In this document: positions 10,397 through 20,387 of the stretch, one piece after another
Numbering within the stretch: position 1 is the stretch's first letter
How the letters are laid out: each line of letters begins with the position of its first letter
From: a virus
Virus record (IMG/VR): IMGVR_UViG_3300037502_001442
Coordinates: 7,823-71,822 of that record
Length of the DNA: 64,000 nucleotides
Direction: 5' to 3' (one strand)
The notes under the pieces: generated by a model
Told to the model about the DNA's origin: nothing
Database searches by the model: none
Seen by the model: only the letters and a program-made list of their open reading frames with translations
Program-made: the position numbers and the translations under genes

Positions 10397-11194
10397 ATGG
10401 CTGAGGATCTTGCCTCTGTTGCAAACCAAGTAAACCAAGGTATTGCTGACCCTGTCCCCGAGGTAGCGGCTCCCCCGTCTACCTCGGTGGAACTCATCCG
10501 TGGCGTCTTCAACGGCGCTACGGGTGACTGGGAGAACAATGCGGTCGTCAGGGAGATGACAGGTGAAGACGAGGAGGCTCTCGCGGCTATCGACGCCCGA
10601 GAGGACCTTTCCTACGGCGACTATCTGTATCACCTTCTTCAGCGGTGCGTGGTCTCTATCGGTAGCCAGGAAATCTCCAAGGTGCCCCACATCATCGATG
10701 ACCTGCTCATCGGTGATAGGGACCTGCTGTTCCTGGCCATCGTGAGGGCTACCTACGGAATCAGCCGAAAGATCGAGATGATCTGTGGCGGGTGCCGTGA
10801 GCACAACGACGTTACTCTTCGTCTGGACGACGACTTCCCCGTTTCTGACGTGGAGGTCGACACGACCAAGAAGATCAGCGTCAAGTTGAAGAACGGTAGC
10901 ACCGTGGAGTTCAACTACCCCACGGCTGGCGATAGTCGATATGCCCTCAAGAAGGCCAAGACCACCGCAGAGCAGAACACCCTCATCATCGCTCGTTGCG
11001 CTGATGTCAGCATGGACCGCATCTCTCGGGAGAACTGGGCTAAAAAACTCAACATCTCCGATAGGTCCAACATTGTGAAGGCTCTTACGTCTACACAGCC
11101 TGGTCCTCGCATGGAGGAGGTGAAGACTCAGTGCGCTCATTGCAATGCAGAGATGGTGGTGGCCGTCGACTGGGTCTCACTTCTATTCGGTTGA
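10397..11194 (+). CDS. Tail/baseplate assembly chaperone (T4 gp26-like)
   Basis: 'VREMTGEDEE', 'LLIGDRD.LFLAI..ATYG', two CxxC motifs; between tube and tape measure. Confidence 0.7.
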   Translation: MAEDLASVANQVNQGIADPVPEVAAPPSTSVELIRGVFNGATGDWENNAVVREMTGEDEEALAAIDAREDLSYGDYLYHLLQRCVVSIGSQEISKVPHIIDDLLIGDRDLLFLAIVRATYGISRKIEMICGGCREHNDVTLRLDDDFPVSDVEVDTTKKISVKLKNGSTVEFNYPTAGDSRYALKKAKTTAEQNTLIIARCADVSMDRISRENWAKKLNISDRSNIVKALTSTQPGPRMEEVKTQCAHCNAEMVVAVDWVSLLFG

Positions 11195-11330
11195 TATTCG
11201 AATCATTTATTGGGAATACGAAAAGATTGCCTCTTCGTACAGGGGCTTTGGTCTTAGCGACCTTAAGTCAATGACAGTCCGCCAGCGTGCCTACTGGGTC
11301 AGTATGGCAAAATGGCGGAGTACTCCTTAG
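11145..11330 (+). CDS. Small post-chaperone ORF (start uncertain, possibly a frameshift extension)
   Basis: 'GFGLSDLKSMTVRQRAYW' resembles short pre-tape-measure ORFs; overlaps the end of the chaperone gene in another frame. Confidence 0.5.
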   Translation: MQRWWWPSTGSHFYSVDIRIIYWEYEKIASSYRGFGLSDLKSMTVRQRAYWVSMAKWRSTP

Positions 11331-11339
11331 AGGTAATTT

Positions 11340-13604
11340 ATGGCAGTCCCCGATCAACAAGGTAGCGACATCAAGATTGACAGTTTTGGTCAATCTTCTG
11401 GCGCACGTGGTGTCAACGGTGATTCCTTGGCGTCCGCTGTCAAGCCCTTTGAGCGTTCCCTTGACAGCATCATCAAGAAACTTGAAAAGATCAATGATCT
11501 AGTCAAGAAGACTGGCTCTGGGGTTGCTGGGGCATTCGGCGGCGCGGGGCAAAAGCAATCCAAGACCAGCATGCCCGCCGCTGGCACTGTTGTTGCGCAG
11601 TCCACTGGTGGGTGGGGCCCTCCGACAACTCCTCCTGGAGTAAGTGGAACACCGCAGGCCGCTGGGGGCGCTGGCGCTGGTGGGGGGCAAAACCCCTCTC
11701 TGACTGCTCGCCAGCAATTTGCCATGAACTTCGCGGCTGGCACTACCCAGATGGTGGGGGATAGGAACGCCAGAGGCGCCCAGTACTCACTGCAAGCGGA
11801 CAGGATGAGCACCCAGTACATGCAGATGTACGGGATGAGCAATGCCGAAGTTCGAAACCAAGTTCGTATGCCACTGGCTCAGCACTACTTGCTGGGTGGT
11901 GGTGCCGCTGTCAACCAGTTGATGGGGTTGCAGGCCGCTACTGGCCTAAGCGCCGTTGGCCAAGCGTCCAGCGTCGAAGCCATCAGGGCCATCTCAGGGT
12001 TCTCGTACGGCGCTGGAGATGTCACCAACATGCTCGGAGCCATGGCTAGCCCTGACGTAGCCAATCGCATGTTCATGATGGGTGGCACTGGTATGTTTGG
12101 AATCGGTGGCACCCAACGTGGTGGCATGCAGGTGATCCAGGACATTATTCAGAAAACTGGTCTTACCAACGAAATGGCACTAAAGGGAGCGCTGTCTCCT
12201 GGATCAGTTACTCGACAGAGGCTGACCGCTATGGGAGTCCCTGCTGACATGCAGGACATGGTGATCCAGTACGCCATGCAGAATGTGGAGTTTGGCAAAA
12301 AGGGTGGAAGTGGTATGTACGACCCTTCCAAAGAAGCCAATCGCAAGATCATGGGTATTGAGGGCACCTACGCCGTTCAGCATGAGAAGACCACTGGGGA
12401 GATGCTCAAGAGGGAGGAAAGTTTCTACGGTCGCCAGACCGACAACCTTGCTGACTTTGAGAAGAACATGCGTTCTACGGTCAGGATGCTTGCCGCTTTT
12501 GAGGACGCGCTTTCTGGCATCACTGGCCTACTGATGAGTGTGAAGGGCCACCCCGTCGGTCGAATGCTTGGGTCTACCTTCAACATGGGAATGGGAGGAA
12601 ACCCTATTGCGGGCGATGGCTTCTCCATGAAGGACATCGGTGACGCAACATCTGTTAAAACTGGTAACACGGTCGGACCAGCCAAGGGTGGTGTTCCTAC
12701 AGACGGCGGAGACTACGCCTCTAAAACCCCCATCTCACAGCACAACATGGACAAACTCACGCAACTGGATCACAGGCTTGCTGGTCCAGTTATCCGCATG
12801 TTGAGGGACAACCCTAGGCTGAAGATCGGCTCTACTCGTCGAAGCCCTGCCGACCAAGAAAAACTGTTTAAATCTCGCTATAGGGCACGACCTGATCTCA
12901 AAGAAAAACAAAAGCGCGAAGACAGAGTATGGAATGGTGTTGTGTGGGAACACATCCCAGGAACGGGGGCGGCACTAGCGGCTCCTGGCTCTTCATGGCA
13001 CGAAAAGGGCCTTGCTGTCGACATCCACGGAGACTTGGAGTGGATCAAAGCCAACGCCAGTAAGTACGGGCTATTCCACGGAGGTACTGGGCAGGGTGGT
13101 CCTAGCGATGAGCCTTGGCACCTTCAGCCCCTATTCACCAAGAGTGCGAGCGCCCGAGACGAGTTCACTACGGGCCAAGATGGTATCGCATCGAGCCCTG
13201 GGGCAGGAACGTCTGGAACCACCCTTGCGGGGCCAGGAGGCTCTCCTGGAACCCTCTCAGGGGGCGGTGGGGCCGCTGTAGAGGGAGGATCAGGGGGTGG
13301 GGCGGGTAGCCGTGCCTCAGAACTCATCTCTTCTGGCGTGTACTCCAGTATGAACTCGATCATGTCGGGTATTGACAAGCCCTACAAGTCATCGTCTTCA
13401 TCCTCGCAAGAAGGAGACGGGACCATGATTGCTGGCTCTAGTGGGTCTGTTGCAGGAGGCGGTGGGGGGACTGTTATCACCATTGCCCCCAACATCTACC
13501 TGACAACCACTGGAGACAGTGCTGTCGACATGCGTCGTATGGCGCAAGAAATTGGAACTATCCTTGAGCAAGAAGTTCGTCTAGTAGCAATGAGGTCCTC
13601 GTAA
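11340..13604 (+). CDS. Tape-measure-like protein with C-terminal M15 (D-Ala-D-Ala carboxypeptidase-like) domain
   Basis: G/A/M-rich N-terminal part; 'APGSSWHEKGLAVDI...WIKANASKYGL...EPWHLQP' contains the M15 SxHxxGxAxD and ExWH zinc motifs. Confidence 0.75.
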   Translation: MAVPDQQGSDIKIDSFGQSSGARGVNGDSLASAVKPFERSLDSIIKKLEKINDLVKKTGSGVAGAFGGAGQKQSKTSMPAAGTVVAQSTGGWGPPTTPPGVSGTPQAAGGAGAGGGQNPSLTARQQFAMNFAAGTTQMVGDRNARGAQYSLQADRMSTQYMQMYGMSNAEVRNQVRMPLAQHYLLGGGAAVNQLMGLQAATGLSAVGQASSVEAIRAISGFSYGAGDVTNMLGAMASPDVANRMFMMGGTGMFGIGGTQRGGMQVIQDIIQKTGLTNEMALKGALSPGSVTRQRLTAMGVPADMQDMVIQYAMQNVEFGKKGGSGMYDPSKEANRKIMGIEGTYAVQHEKTTGEMLKREESFYGRQTDNLADFEKNMRSTVRMLAAFEDALSGITGLLMSVKGHPVGRMLGSTFNMGMGGNPIAGDGFSMKDIGDATSVKTGNTVGPAKGGVPTDGGDYASKTPISQHNMDKLTQLDHRLAGPVIRMLRDNPRLKIGSTRRSPADQEKLFKSRYRARPDLKEKQKREDRVWNGVVWEHIPGTGAALAAPGSSWHEKGLAVDIHGDLEWIKANASKYGLFHGGTGQGGPSDEPWHLQPLFTKSASARDEFTTGQDGIASSPGAGTSGTTLAGPGGSPGTLSGGGGAAVEGGSGGGAGSRASELISSGVYSSMNSIMSGIDKPYKSSSSSSQEGDGTMIAGSSGSVAGGGGGTVITIAPNIYLTTTGDSAVDMRRMAQEIGTILEQEVRLVAMRSS

Positions 13605-15136
13605 TGTCTGGTGTTTTTGATCCTACCAGAAGGTCTGTCGACAACCCCCCATTCAGTTGGCCCCAGAAGACCTACCACAACATCAGTGGTGAAGTAGAAA
13701 CGGTTCAGCGCGGTTACATGAGGGGGCTTCTGCCTACCTCAGAACTGTTCGAAGGGCTAAACGAAAAGGCCGACAAAAAACTGTTTTTCCAATTCAACCC
13801 TCAAGTTCTTGTACGTTCTGTGCAACAGTCTATTGGTGCACTCAACCCCCTGCTCCAACCTGCTGAGCAGTTGATGCAACCTATTCCTGGAACGGCGTCT
13901 TTTGGGTTTGAATTGTTTTTCAACAGAGAATTAGAAGTCGCAAATGGATACGACCCAGACAACGTAGACACGGTGTATGTTGGAGAGGGTATCGATACTC
14001 GTGTATCGAGGATTGGTGTTCTTGCAGATATTCTCGTCCTTGATTCTATTATCGGGCAAGGTGTTTCTGCTGACCTCATTAGCGCGGTTGCACAATACAA
14101 TGCTTTAGTTGCTGACGCTAAAAACGCCCCCATCTTGGAAGAAAAAGCGCGTCTGGAGGCTGAAGGAAAAACCGACGAAGCCGCCGCCCTTAAAGTTGAC
14201 GAGGTAAGCACCGATACTGATAGGGCCGAGGGTCTTCTGGGGGTTAACTTAGGCAACTCAGCATTCCTTAACCCGCTTCCGTTTAGGGTCTTGTTCTCTG
14301 AACTGTTTATGGTCGAGGGTTTCGCCAACGCCGTTACTGTTGACTTTCAAAAGTTCAGCAACAAAATGATCCCAACTATGTGCCGAGTGAACATCAACAT
14401 GCAGGCTCTGTACATTGGGTTTACAAAGAAGGACACGTTCCTTACCAAGGGTCTTGAGGCTGTAGCAGAGGAGGCTAAAAAAACTGATAGTAAGAGAAAA
14501 CGTGCTGGTATTCAACTAGAGAACGCTCTTAACCGTTTCTCCTACTACCAGATCAGAGCGCAAGACTGGAATGGTGCTACACCCCCTACTCCTATTAACC
14601 CACTAACCATTGATAGTGTAAATAAAGTAGAGTTCAACGCAAAACTAGATGTCGACAGGACAGAAGCGTACGCCAACGCGGAAAGCGCAAACGAAATTAA
14701 CGAGTCTAGGTTAACTATTAACCTTTACGCTAAATTTGCTAATTCAGAAAATGAAGCAAACCAGTACACTGTGTCGGACCTACTTCAGGTTGATCCTTAC
14801 GCCGTGTCGAAAACCAATGGTGAGACGACCATCATGCTCGGAGATGCAACCAATGGAGTTGATCTTCGTTGCGTTGACCTAGATGAAAAAATAAAAGAAA
14901 TCATCAGAGAAAATGTCTTTGATCAGAACAGCGTGGCAAATAGTACGTGGGTGGCCTTTATGTTTAGAGCAACGTTAACCGCTGAATATATTGATACTGA
15001 AGCCAGCACTCCTGAGGGATACTCCACCCAAATTATTGTGCTTAATTGGTCTGGCTTGGACAGCATGAACTTACGTGCTCTCTGGACTAAGCCACAAACA
15101 GTGCCCTCGGCACCCCCTGCAAGAGGTGTGCGATGA
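13604..15136 (+). CDS. Putative tube-initiator/baseplate protein
   Basis: 'LFFQFNPQ', 'FELFFNR', 'FSNKMIPT...VNINM' resemble contractile-system tube-like proteins; synteny. Confidence 0.5.
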   Translation: MSGVFDPTRRSVDNPPFSWPQKTYHNISGEVETVQRGYMRGLLPTSELFEGLNEKADKKLFFQFNPQVLVRSVQQSIGALNPLLQPAEQLMQPIPGTASFGFELFFNRELEVANGYDPDNVDTVYVGEGIDTRVSRIGVLADILVLDSIIGQGVSADLISAVAQYNALVADAKNAPILEEKARLEAEGKTDEAAALKVDEVSTDTDRAEGLLGVNLGNSAFLNPLPFRVLFSELFMVEGFANAVTVDFQKFSNKMIPTMCRVNINMQALYIGFTKKDTFLTKGLEAVAEEAKKTDSKRKRAGIQLENALNRFSYYQIRAQDWNGATPPTPINPLTIDSVNKVEFNAKLDVDRTEAYANAESANEINESRLTINLYAKFANSENEANQYTVSDLLQVDPYAVSKTNGETTIMLGDATNGVDLRCVDLDEKIKEIIRENVFDQNSVANSTWVAFMFRATLTAEYIDTEASTPEGYSTQIIVLNWSGLDSMNLRALWTKPQTVPSAPPARGVR

Positions 15137-15387
15137 TTGCTCCATTTTCACGTTACGTGTCTGCTAGTGAGACTCGCAACGGGGTTACTTACGTGGTGGC
15201 TAAGCGCCCCGTTACGTACACCCCCAACTACATCTCCCACACGGCTCGTCGTGGGGAGACCATGGCCGATCTAGCCAAGAAGTACTTAGGGACTCCTGTC
15301 CTTTACTGGCGTATTGCCGACATCAACCCTCAAGTGCCGTTTCCTGACATCATCGAGCCTGGGACCAAGATCCGCATTCCGCAATGA
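15133..15387 (+). CDS. LysM-like baseplate wedge protein
   Basis: 'GETMADLAKKYLG....YWRIADINPQ..FPD.IEPGTKIRIP'. Confidence 0.8.
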   Translation: MIAPFSRYVSASETRNGVTYVVAKRPVTYTPNYISHTARRGETMADLAKKYLGTPVLYWRIADINPQVPFPDIIEPGTKIRIPQ

Positions 15388-16541
15388 TCACTACTGGCGC
15401 GTCTAACCTAAAACTTAACTTCAATGTGGTGATTGACGGCATTGCCCTCAATTTTGTTGACGTGCGCATGATTTCAGTGGAACTGCATGAGAACATGCAC
15501 AACATGGCGGTAATCCACGTCGCTGGTATTCCTGCCGATTCTCTTACCGATTACATCAACAGGCCGATACTTATCGAGATGGGTATTGGAGAACTCAGCC
15601 AGCACACCTTTTACGGGACTATCATCTACCTAGAGCCTGAGTCCAAGACCCACGATGGCCTTGTAAACGGTAGCCCCTTTCAGATCACGAAAATCTTCTG
15701 CATGGGTCCTACGTTCGCAATGAGGGGCAAGAAGACCAGGGCATGGGACAAGAGGACTCTTCCCCAACTGGCTGGTCAACTTGCCTCGGAGTACGGTCTG
15801 TCCGTTTCCGTGCCCAACAGCACTTACGTTTACCCGAGGCTTGTGCAGAACGGCAAGTCTGACTGGGAAATCTTAGTTGAGGCCGTTGAGTATCAGGGAT
15901 TCCGCATGATGTCTCGCGGTACCCATATTGAAATCTGGGACCCTTACACTCTTCTTAACCGAAACGGTGGCGCTATCCCTATCACTACACTCAAAGGCAC
16001 ACAGGGAGACGTCACCCCCGACCTCGGTCAGGTCATTGAGTTCAAGGCTCAGGTCGGTGCCAGCACTCCTGGAGGCCAAGGTGTACCCAACACCGTGCAC
16101 GTTCTTGCAGACGGGCAGATCAAGACCATCAACCTCGTGGAGTCAAGCGGGTACGGAGACGCTATCCCTCGGCCATACTCCAACGAGGCCAACGAAAACC
16201 TCACATCGGTTGAGCAGGCAGAGACGTTCTTGGGGGCCAAGTTCCTTCCTATTTCTGGCTCTTGCACCGTGGTAGGCAACTTCAACATCCAGCCTGGAAC
16301 GCTGGTCAATCTCTTCAAATACGACTCCAAGATCGACGGGGTATGGATCGTTGAGTCGGCCAAGCATGAAATGTTCCGTGGGTCGGGTCTTTCTTACCTG
16401 ACTCTTAGGCGAGACTCCCTTGCCCGCGACGGGGCCATCACCATCACGAGGCCCGCAACTCCGCCTATAATTCCACCTCAGCCTGTGCTCCGTGACGGAC
16501 GTTGGCGCAGTTCACAAGAGGTAATCGATGTTTACGCATAG
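15384..16541 (+). CDS. Baseplate hub (gpD/VgrG-like)
   Basis: 'QNGKSDWEIL', 'GNFNIQPG.LVNL....SKIDGVWIVESAKHE'. Confidence 0.7.
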   Translation: MITTGASNLKLNFNVVIDGIALNFVDVRMISVELHENMHNMAVIHVAGIPADSLTDYINRPILIEMGIGELSQHTFYGTIIYLEPESKTHDGLVNGSPFQITKIFCMGPTFAMRGKKTRAWDKRTLPQLAGQLASEYGLSVSVPNSTYVYPRLVQNGKSDWEILVEAVEYQGFRMMSRGTHIEIWDPYTLLNRNGGAIPITTLKGTQGDVTPDLGQVIEFKAQVGASTPGGQGVPNTVHVLADGQIKTINLVESSGYGDAIPRPYSNEANENLTSVEQAETFLGAKFLPISGSCTVVGNFNIQPGTLVNLFKYDSKIDGVWIVESAKHEMFRGSGLSYLTLRRDSLARDGAITITRPATPPIIPPQPVLRDGRWRSSQEVIDVYA

Positions 16542-18378
16542 GGCGCTAGTTACATTCTCTAACCCCGACAACGGAGAGATCAAGGTCAAGGTACCCGCCG
16601 TTACTGGTCTGTCTGAACTGTCAATCTCCTACTTTGGTAGGTCTGCCAGCAACGGTTATTGGGCTGTCCCCAAGATCGGTGACGAGATTGCCGTCTCGTC
16701 TGACGACGAGCACATGACCAACCTGTTCTGGGTGCAGACCGAGCCCTATAACCCTGGCACCAAGGAACCTACTGGAATCTCCAACAAGAGCGATTCCCTC
16801 ATTGCGTTCGATAACGCAACCCGAACCTTCACCATTAGGCCAGCCGCTCGCTCGTATGAGGTGTGGGTAAAGGGAGTCAAGTACAACATCACCGAGCCCA
16901 AGTCGGTGCAAATTCCTAACGTCACTGGCATTTACTTCATCTCCTTTGGCATCGGCGCTGAACTACAGGAAAGCGTTGACTTCTTCGATCTGGAAAACTG
17001 CGCCCCAGTTTCGTACATCTACTGGCGGGAAGTGGACCAGAAGGCTGAGTTCTTTGCTGACGAGAGGCACGGCATCGTCACGGACTGGCAGACCCACGAG
17101 TATCTGCACCTGACTAGGGGTGCCGCTTTTGGCCGTGGTCTGAGTATCAGCGACTACGTGACAAACGGGGATGGTTCCTCGGCCGATCATCTTAAGTTCA
17201 GCCTTAACTACGGCTTCTTTTACGACGAGGACATCAGGGTAGACATCATCCCGTCTGCTTCTCCCACCCCCAATACTTGGGAACAGAGGCTCCAAAACGG
17301 TGCTTACTGCCCGATCTATTACAGAGATGCCAACGGGTGGAAGCAGGACGTTGCTACGCAAGTGTGCATCAAAAAGGGAACACTGCACCCGTACTACAAC
17401 AACATGTCGGCCAACTCTTTGGTAGAGATGACGGCTAACAGATATGCTGTTTCTTGGGTAGTTGCGTCAAACAACCTGAACGAGCCCGTCATTATTCTCA
17501 TGGGACAAGCACAGCACTCCAATATTGGAGGGGCGCAAGATGAGACCTGGAGCGGGGTAAATCTAGAGGGATTGCCCATCTATGAGTTTCGACCACTATA
17601 CAAAATCATTTTTCAGTCATTAAACGCCACTCAAGGAGCGGCTATACGCGAGGTGGAGGACATCCGCTATGCCACCTCAGTATCTACTGGGGGTGCCGCC
17701 GCTTCTGGAGATACTGTGCCTACGGGTAGTGTTGTGGCATTTGCAGGGTCTATTGCCCCCAGCGGTTGGCTTGTGTGTGACGGTTCTGCCGTAAGCAGGA
17801 CGACTTATGGCTCCTTGTTCTCAACGATCAACACCGTTTACGGAGCGGGGGATGGGTCTACAACGTTCAACCTTCCTGACCTGCGCACAAGAGTCCCTGT
17901 TGGTAAGGCCGCGTCTGGGACGTTCGTGAACTTAGGTGCTACTGGTGGTGCGGAAACCCACACCTTGACGACGTCTCAGATTCCTGCGCACAGCCACACA
18001 CAGAACCCGCACAACCACACGCAAGACTCGCACGACCATGCCCAACAATCCCACAGCCACACTGTGGGAACTGGCGGTACTCACGACCATGCTATTTTTG
18101 TAACTGGTACTAACGACACCAGCCACACCCACAACGGGGCCTCTACCACCACATTTGTGGCAGGTACTCCTTCGTCGGGTACGGGAGGCAGTAGCACCGC
18201 ATCCCCAATATTGGATGATGGTTCGCACAACCACTCCCTTACATCGACCACGGCTAACAACCTCAGCACTACGGCTACAAACAACGAAACTACCGCTACC
18301 AACCAAAACACGGGCGGAGGCCAGTCCCACAACAACCTCCAGCCGTACATCGTCCTGAACTACATCATCAAGACCTGA
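16528..18378 (+). CDS. Spike-like (gp5/gpV OB-fold) N-terminus fused to a tail-collar/short-fibre C-terminus
   Basis: N-terminal 'RALVT..NPDNGEIKVKVP...VPKIGDEIAV'; C-terminal collar motif 'PTGSVVAFAG..APSGWLVCDGSAVSRTTY..LF...YGAGDGSTTFNLPDLR..VPVG', HxH repeats, 'HNNLQPYIVLNYIIK'. Confidence 0.75.
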   Translation: MFTHRALVTFSNPDNGEIKVKVPAVTGLSELSISYFGRSASNGYWAVPKIGDEIAVSSDDEHMTNLFWVQTEPYNPGTKEPTGISNKSDSLIAFDNATRTFTIRPAARSYEVWVKGVKYNITEPKSVQIPNVTGIYFISFGIGAELQESVDFFDLENCAPVSYIYWREVDQKAEFFADERHGIVTDWQTHEYLHLTRGAAFGRGLSISDYVTNGDGSSADHLKFSLNYGFFYDEDIRVDIIPSASPTPNTWEQRLQNGAYCPIYYRDANGWKQDVATQVCIKKGTLHPYYNNMSANSLVEMTANRYAVSWVVASNNLNEPVIILMGQAQHSNIGGAQDETWSGVNLEGLPIYEFRPLYKIIFQSLNATQGAAIREVEDIRYATSVSTGGAAASGDTVPTGSVVAFAGSIAPSGWLVCDGSAVSRTTYGSLFSTINTVYGAGDGSTTFNLPDLRTRVPVGKAASGTFVNLGATGGAETHTLTTSQIPAHSHTQNPHNHTQDSHDHAQQSHSHTVGTGGTHDHAIFVTGTNDTSHTHNGASTTTFVAGTPSSGTGGSSTASPILDDGSHNHSLTSTTANNLSTTATNNETTATNQNTGGGQSHNNLQPYIVLNYIIKT

Positions 18379-18385
18379 GGTTTTT

Positions 18386-18799
18386 ATGAAGGCTATTTCC
18401 ATCCCATTCCGCTTTGAGAACGGCAAGGTTGCTTCCACGGAAGATAACGCCGTGATTGCCAAGCAACGGATCATCGACGTCTTGGCGACCAACAAATACG
18501 AAAGGGTCATGCGCCCCGAGTACGGGGCCAGCGTCTCCAGCCTGTTGTTTGAGCCTTTGGACCCCCTGATCCTGGCCGACTACAAGGTCGACGCCCTGTC
18601 GGAAATCAACGACAATGTGAGCAACGCCCGTGTTTTGGACATTGCCTTCCAGACCTCTGGGGATTTCGTATACAATACAAATGACGAATCAACATTGGTT
18701 GCCCGTGTAATATACGAAGTTGCAGGACTTGGACTCACCACGTTCACCTTTACGGTGGACACCACGCAGATCTTAACCGAAGAAACCCCCATCTCATAG
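18386..18799 (+). CDS. Baseplate wedge subunit (gp25/gpW-like)
   Basis: 'ERVMRPEYGA....LLFEP'. Confidence 0.85.
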   Translation: MKAISIPFRFENGKVASTEDNAVIAKQRIIDVLATNKYERVMRPEYGASVSSLLFEPLDPLILADYKVDALSEINDNVSNARVLDIAFQTSGDFVYNTNDESTLVARVIYEVAGLGLTTFTFTVDTTQILTEETPIS

Positions 18800-18806
18800 G
18801 ACAGCC

Positions 18807-20384
18807 ATGGCTACTTTTGACTACACCAGCAGGGACTTTGTCTCTATCAGGCAAGACCTGATCAACCGCGCCTCTCGGCTAGTTCCTGAGTGGAATAGGA
18901 CCGACGACTCTGACTTTGCAAACGTCCTGGTTGACCTCTGGGCGTACATGGGGGACATTCTCCACTTCTACGTGGACAGAGCCGCCGCAGAGACTTTTCT
19001 ACCTACGGCTACCCAGCGTGAATCCGTGCTGGCAATCGCAAACCTTATGGATTACGTGCCCGCCTCTTCTCGCGGTGCAAAGGGAACCATCACGTTCAAC
19101 GTCAACAGTGTCCCCACTAACCAGACAACCTATACGATTCCTCAGTACACGGTTTTCATTGGCTTCGATGACGACGGAAACGAGTACAAGTACTACTCCA
19201 CGACTGCCGTAACCGCCGCCAGCGCTGGAAGCCAGCACTCCGTGACTGTGGTGCAAGGTGAACTGATCAATGAGGAGAGCCTGGGCCGTAGCAGTGGCAC
19301 TGCTAGTCAGAGAATCAACTTGACCAAAAAAGGTGTTGAGTCTACCAGCGTGTCCGTGTATGTCTACGAAGGGCCAGTGGATGCCTCTGGTAACGCAACT
19401 GCCGTTACTTACCAGTACGTCGAGCAGATTTCGTCCGCTGGGTATCAAGACAAGGTCTTTACTACCCGCCTTACCTCGGATGGCTACACCATCATTGAGT
19501 TTGGTAACGGGTTCAATGGTGCTATCCCCACCACAAACGCGGCTATCACTGCATCCTATCGTGCTACCTCGGGTGCTCTGGGCAACCTGTCGCAAAACAA
19601 AGTGACTCTTGTGGGTGGCACTCCCAACCAATACATCTCGGTTGTCTCTTCGTCCGCTATGTCTGGTGGCACGGACATCGAGTCCATTGTCTCGATCAAA
19701 GAGAATGTGTCGCGCTTGTACAGGACACAGGATCGAGCGGTGTCCCTGTCGGACTACAAAGACCTGACTCTGCAAACCCCTGGTGTGGGTAAGGCTACGG
19801 CCGTTTATCAGAGCAACACCAGCACTGGGGCGTCTGTTCTTGTCTACCCCGTCCCTACTCAATCGGCATATCCACCTGCGGCCGTGTCCAACCAAGTCCG
19901 ACTCACGGTGCCCACCTCCATTGTGGAATACACCGAGTCTTATCTGCGTGACAAGTCCATGGTGGGAGTAACCGCTTACGTTGCCAACAAAAGCAGTGCC
20001 TCCGCTGGGGTCACCGCCTACATCGAGTGCGTACCCGTGTATGTAGCGATGACTGTGAACGTACTACCCAACTTTGTGCAGGCTGTAGTCAAAGAAAACG
20101 TCACGGCCGCTATCAAAGAACTTCTGTCTTTTGACAACGTCTCGTTTGAAAAGAGGCTGAGTATTGGAGAGGTTTATCGGGCGGCACTCAGCGTTCAGGG
20201 TGTCGACTTCGTGGACATCACGCAGTTGAACACCAACAGGCTGTCGGCTACGGTTACAAACATTACCCCAGATGTATCGACAAACTACACGGCAACTAAA
20301 CTTCTCTGCTTTGCCGATGACGTGGACAGCACCATCGCCATTACCCTAACCATGGTTGGTGGCCTCACTGGCGTTCAGGTGTAA
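18807..20384 (+). CDS. Baseplate wedge subunit (gpJ/T4 gp6-like)
   Basis: 'DYTSRDF..IRQDL', 'AYMGDILHFY.DR...E.FL.TA.QRES', 'FGNG..G.IP', 'QDRAVSL.DY'. Confidence 0.9.
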   Translation: MATFDYTSRDFVSIRQDLINRASRLVPEWNRTDDSDFANVLVDLWAYMGDILHFYVDRAAAETFLPTATQRESVLAIANLMDYVPASSRGAKGTITFNVNSVPTNQTTYTIPQYTVFIGFDDDGNEYKYYSTTAVTAASAGSQHSVTVVQGELINEESLGRSSGTASQRINLTKKGVESTSVSVYVYEGPVDASGNATAVTYQYVEQISSAGYQDKVFTTRLTSDGYTIIEFGNGFNGAIPTTNAAITASYRATSGALGNLSQNKVTLVGGTPNQYISVVSSSAMSGGTDIESIVSIKENVSRLYRTQDRAVSLSDYKDLTLQTPGVGKATAVYQSNTSTGASVLVYPVPTQSAYPPAAVSNQVRLTVPTSIVEYTESYLRDKSMVGVTAYVANKSSASAGVTAYIECVPVYVAMTVNVLPNFVQAVVKENVTAAIKELLSFDNVSFEKRLSIGEVYRAALSVQGVDFVDITQLNTNRLSATVTNITPDVSTNYTATKLLCFADDVDSTIAITLTMVGGLTGVQV

Positions 20385-20387
20385 CCA

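Noticed and set aside
154-11140. Long antisense ORFs such as 154-1395, 2526-3824 and 9701-11140 (also 55843-57390 on +)
   Set aside because: Shadow frames of well-supported genes, expected from high-GC codon bias; no RBS or motifs
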